Shown here: one piece after another, positions 1 through 11,945 of the stretch
Layout of the letters: the number at the start of each line of letters is the position of its first letter
Position numbering within the stretch: the stretch's first letter is position 1
From: Octopus sinensis
Lineage: Eukaryota
Length of the DNA stretch: 64,000 nt
Reading direction: 5' to 3'
Assembly (NCBI RefSeq): GCF_006345805.1
Contig: NC_043003.1
Span: 40,362,001-40,426,000 of the forward strand
The notes under the pieces: model-generated
Databases searched by the model: none
What the model saw: only the letters and a program-made list of their open reading frames with translations
Told to the model about the DNA's origin: nothing
Position numbers and translations under genes: made by a program

Positions 1-166
1 GTCGATTACATCGACCCCAGTGCATAACTGGTACTTAATTTATCGACCCCGAAAGGATGAAAGGTAAAGTCGACCTCGGCGGAATTTGAACTCAGAACGT
101 AACGGCAGACGAAATACCGCAAAGCATTTCGTCCGTCGTGCTAACGTTTCTGCCAGCTCGCCGCCT
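1..166 (-). mobile_element. tRNA-derived SINE, family A (Nin/Deu-like core), running off the window start
   Basis: Minus strand begins AGGCGGCGAGCTGGCAGAA (A-box-like) and contains GAGTTCAAATTCC (B-box) followed by the core AGGTCGACTTTACCTTTCATCCTTTCGGGGTCGATAAA. More than 20 related copies lie in this window. The Nin/Deu assignment is from memory of that core. Confidence 0.85.
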
Positions 167-385
167 TTGAAGGAAAGCAATTCTTGTAATAAGAAAGCCG
201 GAGGGAATAATTAAAAAAAGACAAGCAGATAAAAACGTAACAAAAATCACAGGCCTAATACACACCATACATAAAATAGTTTGAACACAAGAAGGTACTG
301 CATTTCATCAACTGTTGGTTATGTATTAAAATCACATATTGAAAATAGGACAACTGAAATACTACTACTACTACTACAACTTTTT

Positions 386-660
386 CATTGGCCCCCTTCG
401 GTCGGAACTGACCAAGAGTAGTATCCTTGCAGTTTTCAGCTCGGCTGGAACTGCGTCTCCGATGGCTAAACAGACCTGTATGTGAGTAACAGTCTCTGTT
501 ACATATCACACATTTGAATAAGGTGTTGTGAGTTTGTCGAAGTAACTGCGCTCCTTTTGCCGGTCTCACTTGTCTGCTGCTGTGCTCATTAACCATCCCC
601 CCCCCCGACTTGAGGTGTTCATTCAGGCTGCTCTTCCATGTTGGCCAGTCAGCTGCGATT
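386..660 (-). mobile_element. RTE-clade LINE, 5'-truncated 3' end
   Basis: Minus-strand translation includes FKCVICNRDCYSHTGLFSHRRR, the C-terminal Cys/His finger typical of RTE ORF2. It is followed by a short 3' UTR and a (GTA)n-like tail at 361-385. Confidence 0.75.
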
Positions 661-679
661 AACTAATACTATTAATAAT

Positions 680-1030
680 CCTTTCTATTATAGGCACAAG
701 GCCTGAAATTGTGGGGAAGGGGTCTAGTCGACAACATCAACTCCAGTGCTCAACTGGTACTTATTTCATCGACCTCGAAATGATGAAAGGAAAAGTCTAT
801 CTCAGAGAGATTTGAACTCAAAATATAGAAAGTTGGGACAAACATCCTAAAGCAGTTTGTTCCAATACTCTAGTAATTCTGTCAAATCCACTAATTATTT
901 CTAATATAAGTGCTAGGTCAGAATTTTCTGGTAGAAGAAGGGTGAGGATTAGAAGATTACCTCAGCCCTAGTATATGACAGGTACTTTATTTTTACCGAC
1001 CGTGTAGAAATGAGAGATAAAGTCGATTCA
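680..1030 (-). mobile_element. Two degenerate family A SINE copies
   Basis: Diverged matches to the family A motifs (caactggtacttatttcatcgacc...gatgaaagg; acaggtactttattttt accgacc). Confidence 0.65.
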
Positions 1031-1655
1031 TGGTAGGTGGTGAAAAATTGTGTCGACAACAACTATGATGATGAGAATGCTGATGGTGAGGAAGATAGTG
1101 ATGATGACGATGATGATGATGATGATGACAGATATGTCGACGACGATTGGGGTGATTTTGGTTTTGATAATTTTGCTGCTATAGCTGATGTGGATGAATG
1201 ATGATGATAATGATGACGACAACAACGATGATGATGGTGATGATGATAATCATGGTGGGATTACTGCAGTTGATGATGATGATGAGGGTGCTGTTGGCAC
1301 TGCTGCCGCCGCTGCTGCTGCTAAGAATGGTTATGACGGTAGCAGTAATGAAGATAGTGATGATGGCAGTCGTGACACAATGAAAGCGAAGAGGACAAGC
1401 GAAATTCGTCCATCCTTCTGTTAAATCCTCACCTCCATTACCCATCACCACACCACCACCACCGCCACCACTATAACAACCACATCACCGCAACCATCAC
1501 AATCGCCGCCGCCGCCGCCACTGTGTTCACCGCCACCTCCTCCGCCGTCATAACTAAATTTATTCATCCCAGAATACCTCAACACACAACACGAAGTCGC
1601 ACGCAACACCACACCTATCTACTCCAAAGCAGCTGCCCACCGTACTCTTCTTTCT

Positions 1656-1693
<38 letters not shown>

Positions 1694-1858
1694 ACTGTCT
1701 GTCTGTCTCTGTCTGTCTCTCTCATATCTCCCACTTCTACTCTCAAGTACTCTATACCGCTTTTATGAATGGAAGAACAAAAGAACATTTTCAAAATACT
1801 CACCATATTGGAATTATTCTACACACAGGTGCCATCCCGCGTACGCATACACACACAC

Positions 1859-1910
<52 letters not shown>

Positions 1911-1919
1911 CATACACAC

Positions 1920-1967
<48 letters not shown>

Positions 1968-2521
1968 TATATGTATATACACATGTGCGTGTGTGTTTGC
2001 ATAAGTATGTGTGTTTATGTTTTTGCATGCATGTAGGATTTTTCTAAGTGTCGGTCCACGCACACACGCACACACGCACACACGTACACACACACACACA
2101 CACATACACACTCATATACAAACATGTGCGTGTGAATGCATCTGTAAGCTTGTGCTTCTGTATGTACATGTAAATTTGGGTTCTCATATGCATACGTGTG
2201 GCATTGTCTGCATGCGTGTGTACATGTAGGTGTAAGTGAATGTGTGTACTTGAGTGTATCGCCGTTTGTGTGTGTGTGTGTATGTATGTGTGTGTGTGCA
2301 TTTATATGTATGTGTACAAATGGGCGAAAACGTGTGAATATATGTGTGAATACGTATATAAGACTACGTTTATATGCTAATGTGTTTGTATGTTTGCATA
2401 TGTGCATGTGTATGTCATATGCTCGAATGTGGGTGCAAAACTTTGTGGTGTAGAATTTAAAATAGAAGGCAAAGAAGTAACTACATGTATGAGTGGGCTG
2501 GAAATTATAAAGAAATGGAAA

Positions 2522-2569
2522 GATGAAGATGACGATGATGATGATGATGATGATAATGATGATGATGAC

Positions 2570-2608
<39 letters not shown>

Positions 2609-2609
2609 A

Positions 2610-2659
<50 letters not shown>

Positions 2660-2660
2660 A

Positions 2661-2718
<58 letters not shown>

Positions 2719-2740
2719 CGACGACGACGACGATGATAGC
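2522..2740 (+). repeat. (GAT)n microsatellite
   Basis: About 70 GAT/GAC units; source of the poly-D, poly-I and poly-S ORFs in the track. Confidence 0.97.
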
Positions 2741-3141
2741 GGTGGCATCTCTATACCCATGTCTATATGTGTGAATAAGCTGTGTAATAAACATATGTGT
2801 ATATACATAGGTACACACACACACACACATATATGCTTGTGTCCTCAAACGCATACACATATGCACATGCATTTTTGTATAAAGCTAGTTGATCGAATTA
2901 AAGCTGCCGTTTCTTTAACTCTCTATAATCTCTTGTCAAATTTCGGTGTATCTTCATTTCCTTCAATACCTCAATACCGTTCACTACTCTCTGTATAAAG
3001 CTTGATTCACCTAAAACCAACACTCTTACAGCTTTTATAGAGACCTGCCTACAGTCTTCTTGTGGCCCTATCTGCGGCAGTATAGATACATAAATCAAGT
3101 TTAATTTAGTAAGTGTTAACCGGTCAGCATACATGCATGCA

Positions 3142-3191
<50 letters not shown>

Positions 3192-3192
3192 C

Positions 3193-3414
3193 TATTTCTT
3201 TACTACCCACAAGGGGCTAAACACAGAGAGGACAAACAAACGGATTAAGTAGATTATATCGACCCCAGTGCGTAACTGGTACTTATCTAATCGACCCCGA
3301 AAGGATGAAAAGCAATGACGACCTCTGTGGAATTAGAACTCAGAACGTAGCGGCAGACGAAATACCGCTAAGCATTTCACCCGGCGTGCTAACGTTTCTG
3401 TTAGCTCACCGCCT
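3193..3414 (-). mobile_element. Family A SINE with the internal CCCACAAGGGGCTAAACACAGAG module
   Basis: Same A/B boxes and core as 1-166, plus the tatttctttactacccacaagggg module seen in the multimeric copies. Confidence 0.85.
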
Positions 3415-3449
3415 GTATATATGTACATACATACATACATACATACATA

Positions 3450-3580
3450 ATAAAAATCTGCAAGACCTTCCTACGATTTGAAGGATGAAGGTCAAAACAA
3501 GATACTTTTCTTCACAACCTTGCTGCCAAGTAAGTGGCCAATCAAAATTCACTCTAAATTAAAAAGATAAAGAGAAGACA
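3450..3580 (+). mobile_element. Very short 3' end of an R4/Dong-like LINE inside (TACA)n
   Basis: Closely resembles 4400-4525 (aaaatctgcaagaccttc...ggatga...aaaacaaga...ggccaatcaaaattcactctaaatt). (TACA)n lies on both sides. Confidence 0.6.
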
Positions 3581-3603
3581 TACATACATGTATACATACA
3601 TAC

Positions 3604-4195
3604 CAGGCACGTATTGTCAGTAATTACTCAGGGTAGGCAGTTGGTGACCTTTATGTAGTAAACAATCATTAAAAGATTTGTGAGTTGATAAAAGGATAAA
3701 AATATTTAAAAAGTTTACTTCCTAATTATATTAGCCTATTTGTACAGGAAATCTATTCTTCTCTCTTTCTTTGTAGCAAAAATATCAGTCACTTTTTCAT
3801 AGAAATTGAAAGTAGGGTCTTGCTCCATTTTGTTAAGGCTTTCCTTTTCAATGGATATTAAAGCAAGTAACGAAAGCCTTTGATTTGTCATTCTGTTCCT
3901 AGTGTAGATCTTAATTCTTTTCAAAGCAGAAAACGACCTCTCCACAGAAACAGTTACAGAAAGAACTGTCAAGATTAATTACAGCAACTTCACAGCTTCG
4001 GGGAACGTTTAGGTAAGTTTATTTTCAAATATAAAATCAAGCAAAGTTTTAACGGATTTATCTTGAAACATTTGTGCATCGTAAATTCCAGCTAAATCCG
4101 CTTTCAGCCTTATGATGTCGAAAAAGCTTCCATAGTTTTTTTTTCTAAACTTTCAAATGCATCCTTGGCAAGAAAGATCTTGAAATTTATTTTCA
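3604..4195 (-). mobile_element. hAT-superfamily transposase 3' fragment (C-terminal dimerisation domain)
   Basis: Minus strand reads YGSFFDIIRLKADLAGIY...FPEAVKLL*LILTVLSVTVSVERSFSALKRIKIYTRNRMTNQRLSLLALISIEKE, the hAT ERxFS motif, with in-frame stops. A terminal-like sequence CAGGCACGTATTG lies near 3604. Confidence 0.85.
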
Positions 4196-4214
4196 CGAAC
4201 TAATGAAATGAACT

Positions 4215-4525
4215 TAAAGTTTTTGATATGGAGTTGCAAACCCAATACCCAAAATACATTTTCAACATCATACCAATCATTATTGGAGCATTAGGATACA
4301 TACCGAGCCGTCTGGAGCAAAGTATGGCCTAACTTTGGATCTTGGGGAGGGAATGCAAATCTTTAATTCATATAATATAAATGATTACAATATCTGGGAC
4401 TATAAAAATTTGCAAGACCTTCTTGAGATTTAAAGGATGATGGTTAAAACAAGAATCTTTCATTCACTACCTTTCTACTAAGTAGGTGGCCGATCAAAAT
4501 TTACTCTAAATTATAAAGAGAACAT
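4215..4525 (+). mobile_element. R4/Dong-like (RLE-encoding) LINE 3' fragment
   Basis: Translates ...QTQYPKYIFNIIPIIIGALGYIP...ISGTIKICKTFLRFKG*, the C-terminal part of a restriction-like endonuclease. It is followed directly by (CATA)n. Confidence 0.7.
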
Positions 4526-4646
4526 ACATACATATATGCGTACGTACGTACATACATACATAAAACATACATACACAAATACATACATAATACATACATA
4601 CATACATACATACATACATACATACATACATACATACATACATACA

Positions 4647-4679
<33 letters not shown>

Positions 4680-4681
4680 AA

Positions 4682-4832
4682 TACTGGATTTGCAAACTCC
4701 TTATCAATAGTCCATAGATGTCCTCTTTCTCTCATATTTTTCTAACCACATTTGTGTCCAGAGGGCAGCTGATTTCCAGAACAGGATATATCTTTTCTTT
4801 GTGGTCCCACACAACGATAATAGACCTGTAAA
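4682..4832 (-). mobile_element. Inverted R4/Dong-like RLE fragment
   Basis: Minus strand gives RSIIVVWDHKEKIYPVLEISCPLDTNVVRK, then after a frameshift EDIYGLLIRSLQIQY: a degenerate PD-D-E catalytic region. Confidence 0.65.
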
Positions 4833-4837
4833 CATAG

Positions 4838-5265
4838 TAGACCTGGCATAGTAAGAGAAGACAGAGAAGAGAAACTGTTTACAGTTGTGGAAAGCAGCTA
4901 CCCAGTGGATGTTAACATAAAGCTAAAGATCAGCGAAAAAGTAAATACTTACGCTGAACTATTGAGGAATCTACAGATACTCTATCCAGATTACAAGTTC
5001 AGGTTGATACCTGTAATTATTGGGGAAATGGGATATGTAACACACTGCCTAAATTGTAACACACTGCGTAAATTCTAACACACTCCCTAAATACCAACCT
5101 TGAGAAATTAGGCTTCACAAAACCAGAAAGGAGACATCTGATTCGAAGACTACATACAAAATACACTGTTGATGTCGAAATTCTAATGAAGGAGCTTTGG
5201 ATCTTGGTTAGAAACTATGTCTTTCCTCATTGACAAGAAATCTTGAAATAAAACCGAATAATGAC
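4838..5265 (+). mobile_element. R4/Dong-like RLE 3' fragment (second lineage)
   Basis: Translates RPGIVREDREEKLFTVVESSYPVDVNIKLKISEKVNTYAELLRNLQILYPDYKFRLIPVIIGEMGYV. It carries an internal ~19-bp triplication at about 5040-5095 and ends in (CATA)n. Confidence 0.75.
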
Positions 5266-6329
5266 ATACATGCATACATACATACATACATACATACATA
5301 AATACATACATACATAAATACATACATACATACATGCATACATACCAAGAACGTTGACAATAAGATTAGCTTCTAGATGTGGGATAAATAGATTACACCT
5401 CATCAAAGAGGCTACGCCTTTAGGCCTTTCCTATCTTGGAAGAGGAGGTAGTTGCTAAATACTTTAACAATAAGGAAGATAGGGATACCTATAAGCTTCT
5501 ACATTGTGGTAAAAAAATAAACGTCGATTGTGTCGATTAGAAATATTTCATATTAACGGCAGCTGTCCAAAAATACCTGCAAGGGACTACTTTCTCATGA
5601 GACAGCAGTGTTGCTGTAACATTTATAGCCGCCGGAATAATAGTTCCGATGGCAATAAAACAGGCACGTAAGAACTAAAATCTATCCATACCTTTAAAGA
5701 TAAAGAATACTGGTGGAGCATTCCAATCAAAAAACAGCAACATGGTGTAAATACACAGGATTGGTATTATTCTATGGAACATGAAAAAGAAAAAAAAAAA
5801 GACCATGCGTTACTGTATAGGTCAACTGTTCCGTGGATGTGAACGTCTGAGCCTCAATTGGAAAAAAATGGAGAACATCTATAGAGAAATGTAAAACCAG
5901 TGGAATATCCTGTGGAAGTAGAGAGGTTTTATATCCTGATGCTGGATAAATAATTTAACGAAGCAGAGGGAAAGAAAGTATTCACACCACAGACTAAGAT
6001 TACTGTTACACGAGCTTAAACGATCTCTATCAACGGCTCACAATGAACGGCTTACGCTGAATAGCTTTTAGAACACAGGGGGTGGTCGGAATCCTTCCCC
6101 AACATGAGGGTTGCATCAGCAGTCAACTGGTACCAGTTTTCAGCTGAATAGTCCGGAGCAAAAAGAAAATTATGTTCCTGGCTCGAAGGCATAACGCGTC
6201 ACCCAGTCTAAGAACCAAACTTATAACCATACGATTATTAGGTTAACAACATAGCCACAAGACCACTTGGTATGCAAGCGCGCACGCACACACATATCAA
6301 TACACATGTGCACGCATTATTGCATTTTT

Positions 6330-7100
6330 TAGCACGCCGAACAAAATGCTTAGCGGCATTTTGCCCGTCTTTAAGTTGTGAGTTCAAATCCTTTCAGGGT
6401 CGTTAAAATAAGTACCAGTTGACCACTTGGATCGCTGTAATTGGCTTCCCCCTATCTCCGAAATTGCTGGCCTTGTGCCAATATTTGAAACTGTTCTTAA
6501 CATTTTTAGCATACCAGATAAAATGCTTAAAGGCATTTCTTCCGGTTTCACGTTCGGAGGTCAAATTCCACTGAAGCCGGCCTTTGCGTTTCATTCTTTC
6601 GGAGTCGATGAAATAAGTACTATTTGTGTACCGGAGTCGATATTATCGACTAGTTTCACTTTCCCAAAATTTCAGGCCTTGTGCCTATAGTAGAAAGGAT
6701 TATTACATTTTTTAAGGCATCGAGTTGGCAGAACCGTTGGAATACCGGACAAAACGCTTCGCGAAATTTTGTTCGTCTCTACGTTCTAAGCTCCAATTTC
6801 TTCGTGGTCAACTTTGCCTTTCATCCTTTAGGGTCGATAAAATAAACAACAGTCAAGTACTGGGGTCTCTGTAATTGACTTGCCACTCCCCTCAAAAATT
6901 GCTGATCTTGTGCTAGAATTTGAAACCATTACTACATTTCTTCTGGCTTCGAGTTCTGACTTCAAATTCGCCGAGTTCAGCTTTGCTTTTCGTGATTTCG
7001 GGGTCGATAAAATAAGCACCAGCTGAGTTCTGGTGTCAATGTAATAGACTAGCCTCTTTCCCCAAATTTCAGGCCTTGTGCCTACAGAAGAAAGAATTGT
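6330..7100 (+). mobile_element. Head-to-tail cluster of about four degenerate family A SINEs
   Basis: Repeated gagttcaaat / gtcgataaaataagtacc / aatttcaggccttgtgcc motifs separated by short attatt spacers. Confidence 0.8.
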
Positions 7101-7258
7101 TACATGCATATAATTTTAGTACTGTTTCCATTTATCAGTTATACTTAAGTACCACTACAGTCAGCTCTCAGTTTACACGGTAGATTGGTTCTGTTGATCA
7201 TTGAGTAAACCGTGTAGAACGAGGAAAATGCTTCTGATGATATTAATAAAGAACACCA

Positions 7259-7670
7259 CAGGTGTGGCTGTGTGGTAAGAAGCTTGTTTCCCAACCACAT
7301 GGTTCCGGGTTCAGTCTCACTGCTTGGAAACTTAGGCCGATCAAAGCCGCGTGAGTGGAATTTGGTAGTCGGAAATTGAAAGTAGTCCGTCATACACACA
7401 TACACGTGCGCGCACACACACAAATATATATGTATGTGTGTATCTGTGTGTGTGTGTGTTTGTGTCCGTGTTTGTCCCCGCCCGATTGACAACCAGTGTT
7501 GGTGAGGTTATGTCCCTGTAACTATGCGGTTTGGCAAAAGAGAATGATAGAATCAATACTAGGCTTTAAAAAAAAAGTCCTGGGGGTTGGTTTGTTCAGC
7601 CAAAAAATACCCTTCAAGGCGGTGCTCCAGCTTGGTCGCAGTCAAATGACTGAAACATGTAAAAGAGTAA
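7259..7670 (+). mobile_element. tRNA(Gly)-like SINE, family B, near full length, with a CR1-like tail
   Basis: Head GTGGCTGTGTGGTAAGAAGCTTG...GGGTTCAGTC, an internal (TG)n tract, and tail GGCGGTGCTCCAGCTTGGTCGCAG...CTGAAAC. Partial copies occur at 8775-8890, 28218-28370, 37680-38135, 50230-50410 and 60000-60260. Confidence 0.8.
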
Positions 7671-8600
7671 CTATTTATCGAAATGAGCATTAGAAAATGC
7701 GATTATGAAGTGTGTGTACACACAGACACACATACACACAGACACAAGTATACAGACTGATACATAGATTTGGCCGCTGACGTAAATTGGCTTCTCTCAT
7801 TGTTTCGACAATGTCTCAACGGTTAAATGCCGTGATTCAAAGTTGTTCAAAGATCCTGCGATTATACCGGCTTTGATTTACACTTTCGTTCCTTTTAATC
7901 GTTTTAATAGTTACTTCGTTTGTATTAAACTGATTCGCAGTATCTGTTAAAACCGGTTCCATTTTGAAGTTGATTTAAGATAATCAATTTTAACTATCAG
8001 AGAAATCGACTTGCTTGACATTTGAAACTCTATTATTCAATCTCGTAAATATTTAACAAAAATAAAAAACAAACAAACAAACAAGCAAAGAAAAAAATAA
8101 CAAGCGAACAAACAAACAAAAACAAAGCAAAAAGAATTAGATTTCTAACGTAAGCGTTAGTTTAGAATATGGTTTTCCTTATTGTCGAAGAAATGAGATG
8201 AAAGTAGAATTAAAGGAAGATGTAAAACCAAACGGAAATGACGAAGTGGTATGTCTGTATACGTGAGTGGTATGTCTGTATACGTAGGAAAAATATCCTC
8301 TAAAAACGTGCTCAAGTGGAACTGTGCGAAGCAAGTATAGTGTTAGTCTAGTATTATTTATTTTACCGTTCTATATTCTACCGATGAAATTATAATTTTG
8401 TCATAACACCCATCTTGCTTTAACGTTTTATTTCAAATATATTTCTATATTTTGACGCACGTACGCACATACGTACGTAATGTATGTGTGTGTGTGTATG
8501 TGTGTATGTATATGTGTGTGCATTTGTGTGTGCGTCTGTGTGTGATAGTGAAATAGGAAAGATATATGTGTATCATGAAGTGAATGTATGCATGAGTGTC

Positions 8601-8679
<79 letters not shown>

Positions 8680-8719
8680 CTATCTATCTATCTATCTATC
8701 TATCTAGCTCCCCCCATCC

Positions 8720-8777
<58 letters not shown>

Positions 8778-9599
8778 GACAGGCTTCTTTCAGTTTCCGT
8801 CTACCAAATCTACTCCCCAAGGCTTTGGTCAGCATGAGGCTATAGTAGAAGACACTTGCCCAAGGTGAGACTGAACCACTCCTGCGCCTATATATATATA
8901 ATAGTGTATAAGAGTTTATACACGAAAAGGAGACCACCATGTGGATTCCTTACATACTAGAAAGCGCAGTTAAAAGGTTCACCTGGTGGTCTACTCTTCG
9001 TGTATAAACTCTCATACACTATTATATTATAAAAGTATTTATACCTTCTGACTTTGTATTACGCATGCTAACCGCCGGTATTAATTATTAATTTAATAAT
9101 TTTAACCCTGTATATGTGCCTGTGTGTGTGTGTGTGTGTGTGTGTGTGCATGCGTACGTGCGTGCGTGTGCATTAAATTTGAATTATAAGCAGGTCTAAT
9201 AATATAAAAATTATCGTCACAATCTTAATGTACGTGTCTTGTTTACGCGCTCATCAGCTGCTGGATAGCATCAAATGAAAAGTTCCTGACGCTGAGTGTC
9301 AAAAAAACAAAAAAAAACCCAGAAAAAAAACAGAAAACAAAAAAACACACGCACACACTGTATCATTAAACTAAGCGAGATAACACTCGTCCCATGACAA
9401 ATAGAGAACGATGGATGTCGAAATTTCTCTGCTGTTGCAGCTCATCGGCATAGAGTGTACTTCTGTCATCTCCAAATCAATTAGAATTGCTGGTCTGAAG
9501 TATATATACAAATAGGGTAGAGTCTCTTTCTCTCTCTCTCCACACACATGCATATATATAGGACGCCGTGATAGATCGTTATCTCCTACACGCATTTTT

Positions 9600-9770
9600 T
9601 TCTGTCCTTGTTTCTCTCCTTGTTTTTTTTTTCTGTGTATCTTTCTGTCGAAGAGCATAGGCTCGAAACGTAAAAGACTTTTCCTATTCCTGAGCACTAT
9701 ACTAATACATTTTTTGTTTGTACTCCACCTGCTTTCGTTTTTTGTTTATTTTCGTAAACTTTCCCTTTAT
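9600..9770 (+). mobile_element. Penelope-like terminal (pLTR-type) fragment containing a minimal hammerhead-like motif
   Basis: Related copies lie on the minus strand at about 42380-42470 and 59825-59940. The hammerhead-like fold spans 9640-9677 (see findings). Confidence 0.5.
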
Positions 9771-10046
9771 ATATATATATATATATATTAGCAAGCAAAC
9801 GCTAAATGATGATGATGATGATGATATATATATACACGCATACATATATACATTCATACATACATACATATGTACATACACACACACACACGCACACACA
9901 CACACCCCCACACACACACACACACATATATATGCGCACCCATAAATATATATTTTTCAACATTACTTATAGCGTATTTTCTTGTTCTTTTCATCGTCAT
10001 CGTGATGAATATTCTTTTTCTTTCCTTCTTCTTCCTTCCTTCCTTC

Positions 10047-10085
<39 letters not shown>

Positions 10086-10257
10086 TATTTATTTCTTTAT
10101 TTATTTCAATCACTGTCAACCGGTTTGCGATATAGTTTATAAGGATATTGAGATAAAAGTCTCAATTTTATTGAGTCTATTTTTATTCAGAAAGTAATAA
10201 AGTGGAGACAATAGAAAAGAAAGAGAGATAGATAGATAAAGATAGTTAGATAAGAGT

Positions 10258-10293
<36 letters not shown>

Positions 10294-10309
10294 TAGATAG
10301 ATATAGATA

Positions 10310-10328
10310 TAGATAGATAAATAGATAG

Positions 10329-10396
<68 letters not shown>

Positions 10397-10418
10397 CGAT
10401 AGATAGATAGATAGACAG

Positions 10419-10440
<22 letters not shown>
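10310..10440 (+). repeat. (GATA)n microsatellite
   Basis: Direct reading of the sequence. Confidence 0.97.
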
Positions 10441-10449
<9 letters not shown>

Positions 10450-10844
10450 ACAAGAAAGTGAAAACAAATTGGCAGAAAGATGATATTTCGTTACCAAGTC
10501 ATTCGTCTTTTTCTTGATAAACGAGAAACTACTTCAACAACAATACCGACAACAGGGTTACATCCTGAACATCAGCCACAATAACAACAACAGCCATATG
10601 AAAAACAATATATATAAACAACAACCTCAACAAGAAGGACTTTAACAACGGCATCAACATCATGATGAACATCAACAAAAATATTAACAACAACGTTATT
10701 AACTGTAACGTCATCGTATCGATAGTGATAACACAGACGTTATCAGTTTCAACGGCTTCATCATCATCAACTGCAATGTTAATGACATCAACTACAGCGT
10801 AAACATCAACATCAATATCATTATCAACGATATTCGTTTTTCGT

Positions 10845-11705
10845 TTTTCTTCTTTCAGCTCAGAGCTGCGGCCATGCTGATGCACCGCCGTTTTGTGCTA
10901 CACTGGGGCGGGGGGGGGAAGCACTCCGTCGGTTACGACGACGAGGGTTCCGGTTGATCCGAATCAACGGAACAGCCTGCTCGTGAAATTAACGTGTAAG
11001 TGGCTGAGGACTCCACAGACACGTGTACCCTTAACGTAGTTCTCGGAAATATTCAGCGTGACACAGAGAGTGACAAGGCCGGCCCTTTGAAATACAGGTA
11101 CAACAGAAACAGGAAGTAAGAGTAAGAGAAAGTTGTGGCGAAAGAGTACAGCAGGGATTACCACCATCCCTGCCGGAGCCTCGTGGAGCTTTAGGTGTTT
11201 TCGCTCAATAAACACTCACAACGCCCGGTCTGGGAATCGAAACCGCGATCCTACGACCGCGAGTCCGCTGCCCTAACCACTGGGCCATTGCGCCTCCACT
11301 GTGCTACACTGTTATTGCGAAGAAACTCGTCTAATATGTGGCACTTGGTGAAGAATGGAGTTTGATACAGCTACTCTCATTTGCACCTCTTGCCGTGAGG
11401 TAGGTTCATCTGGGACTCTCGACAGGAAGATGTCCAGCTTTGATTTAAAAACCGCTACATCTACTTTGTGCAAGTTCCTCAGACTCTTTGGGAGAATATT
11501 AAAAAGCTGTGAGCCCTTGAAACCCAGGCTGTTGCAGTAGCTGGTCCTGAAGCGTGATGGCATTGCTGGGATCTTTGGCACTATGCAGTGTCGTCCCGTT
11601 CTAGCATTGGTGTAGCTTACAATGCCAAAATTAGGCACGATTCCTTCCTGGATCTTCCAGACATATATTACTGCATACCTTTCCCGTCTTCTCTCAGAGT
11701 CTTAT
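10845..11705 (-). mobile_element. CR1/L2-group LINE 3' fragment, interrupted by a SINE
   Basis: Minus strand gives ERRRERYAVIYVWKIQEGIVPNFG...GSQLFNILPKSLRNL...FKSKLDIFLSRVPDEP, a typical CR1-type ORF2 C-terminus. The 3' tail resumes left of the SINE at 10853-10889. Confidence 0.85.
10906..11299 (-). mobile_element. Full-length tRNA-derived SINE, family C, with a 12-bp TSD
   Basis: Head GTGGAGGCGCAATGGCCCAGTGGTTAGGGCAGCGGACTCGCGG...TTTCGATTCCC. The direct repeat TGTGCTACACTG lies at 10894-10905 and 11300-11311. Confidence 0.9.
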
Positions 11706-11825
11706 AGTAAAAAGAAGCAAAAAAAAATAAACAGCATCATAATCATCAATAACAACAACATACCAACAGCAACAACAACAATGCCAACAACTGCAGTAAC
11801 AACGTCATCATCGACAACAACAGTT

Positions 11826-11945
11826 GAGTGGAGGCGCAATGGCCCAATGATTAGGGCAGCGGACTCGCGGTCGTAAGAACGCGGTTTCGATTCCCAGACC
11901 GGGCATTGTGAGTGATTATTGAGCAAAAACACCTAAGCTCTACAT
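11826..11945 (+). mobile_element. Family C SINE, 5' head only
   Basis: Matches the first ~115 nt of 10906-11299. Confidence 0.8.

Noticed and set aside
5591-5690. Possible exon: minus-strand FLRACFIAIGTIIPAAINVTATLLSHEKVVPC, or a plus-strand frame ending at a GTAAG donor
   Set aside because: Both strands give an open frame with plausible splice sites and neither peptide is recognisable, so it cannot be supported without RNA data.
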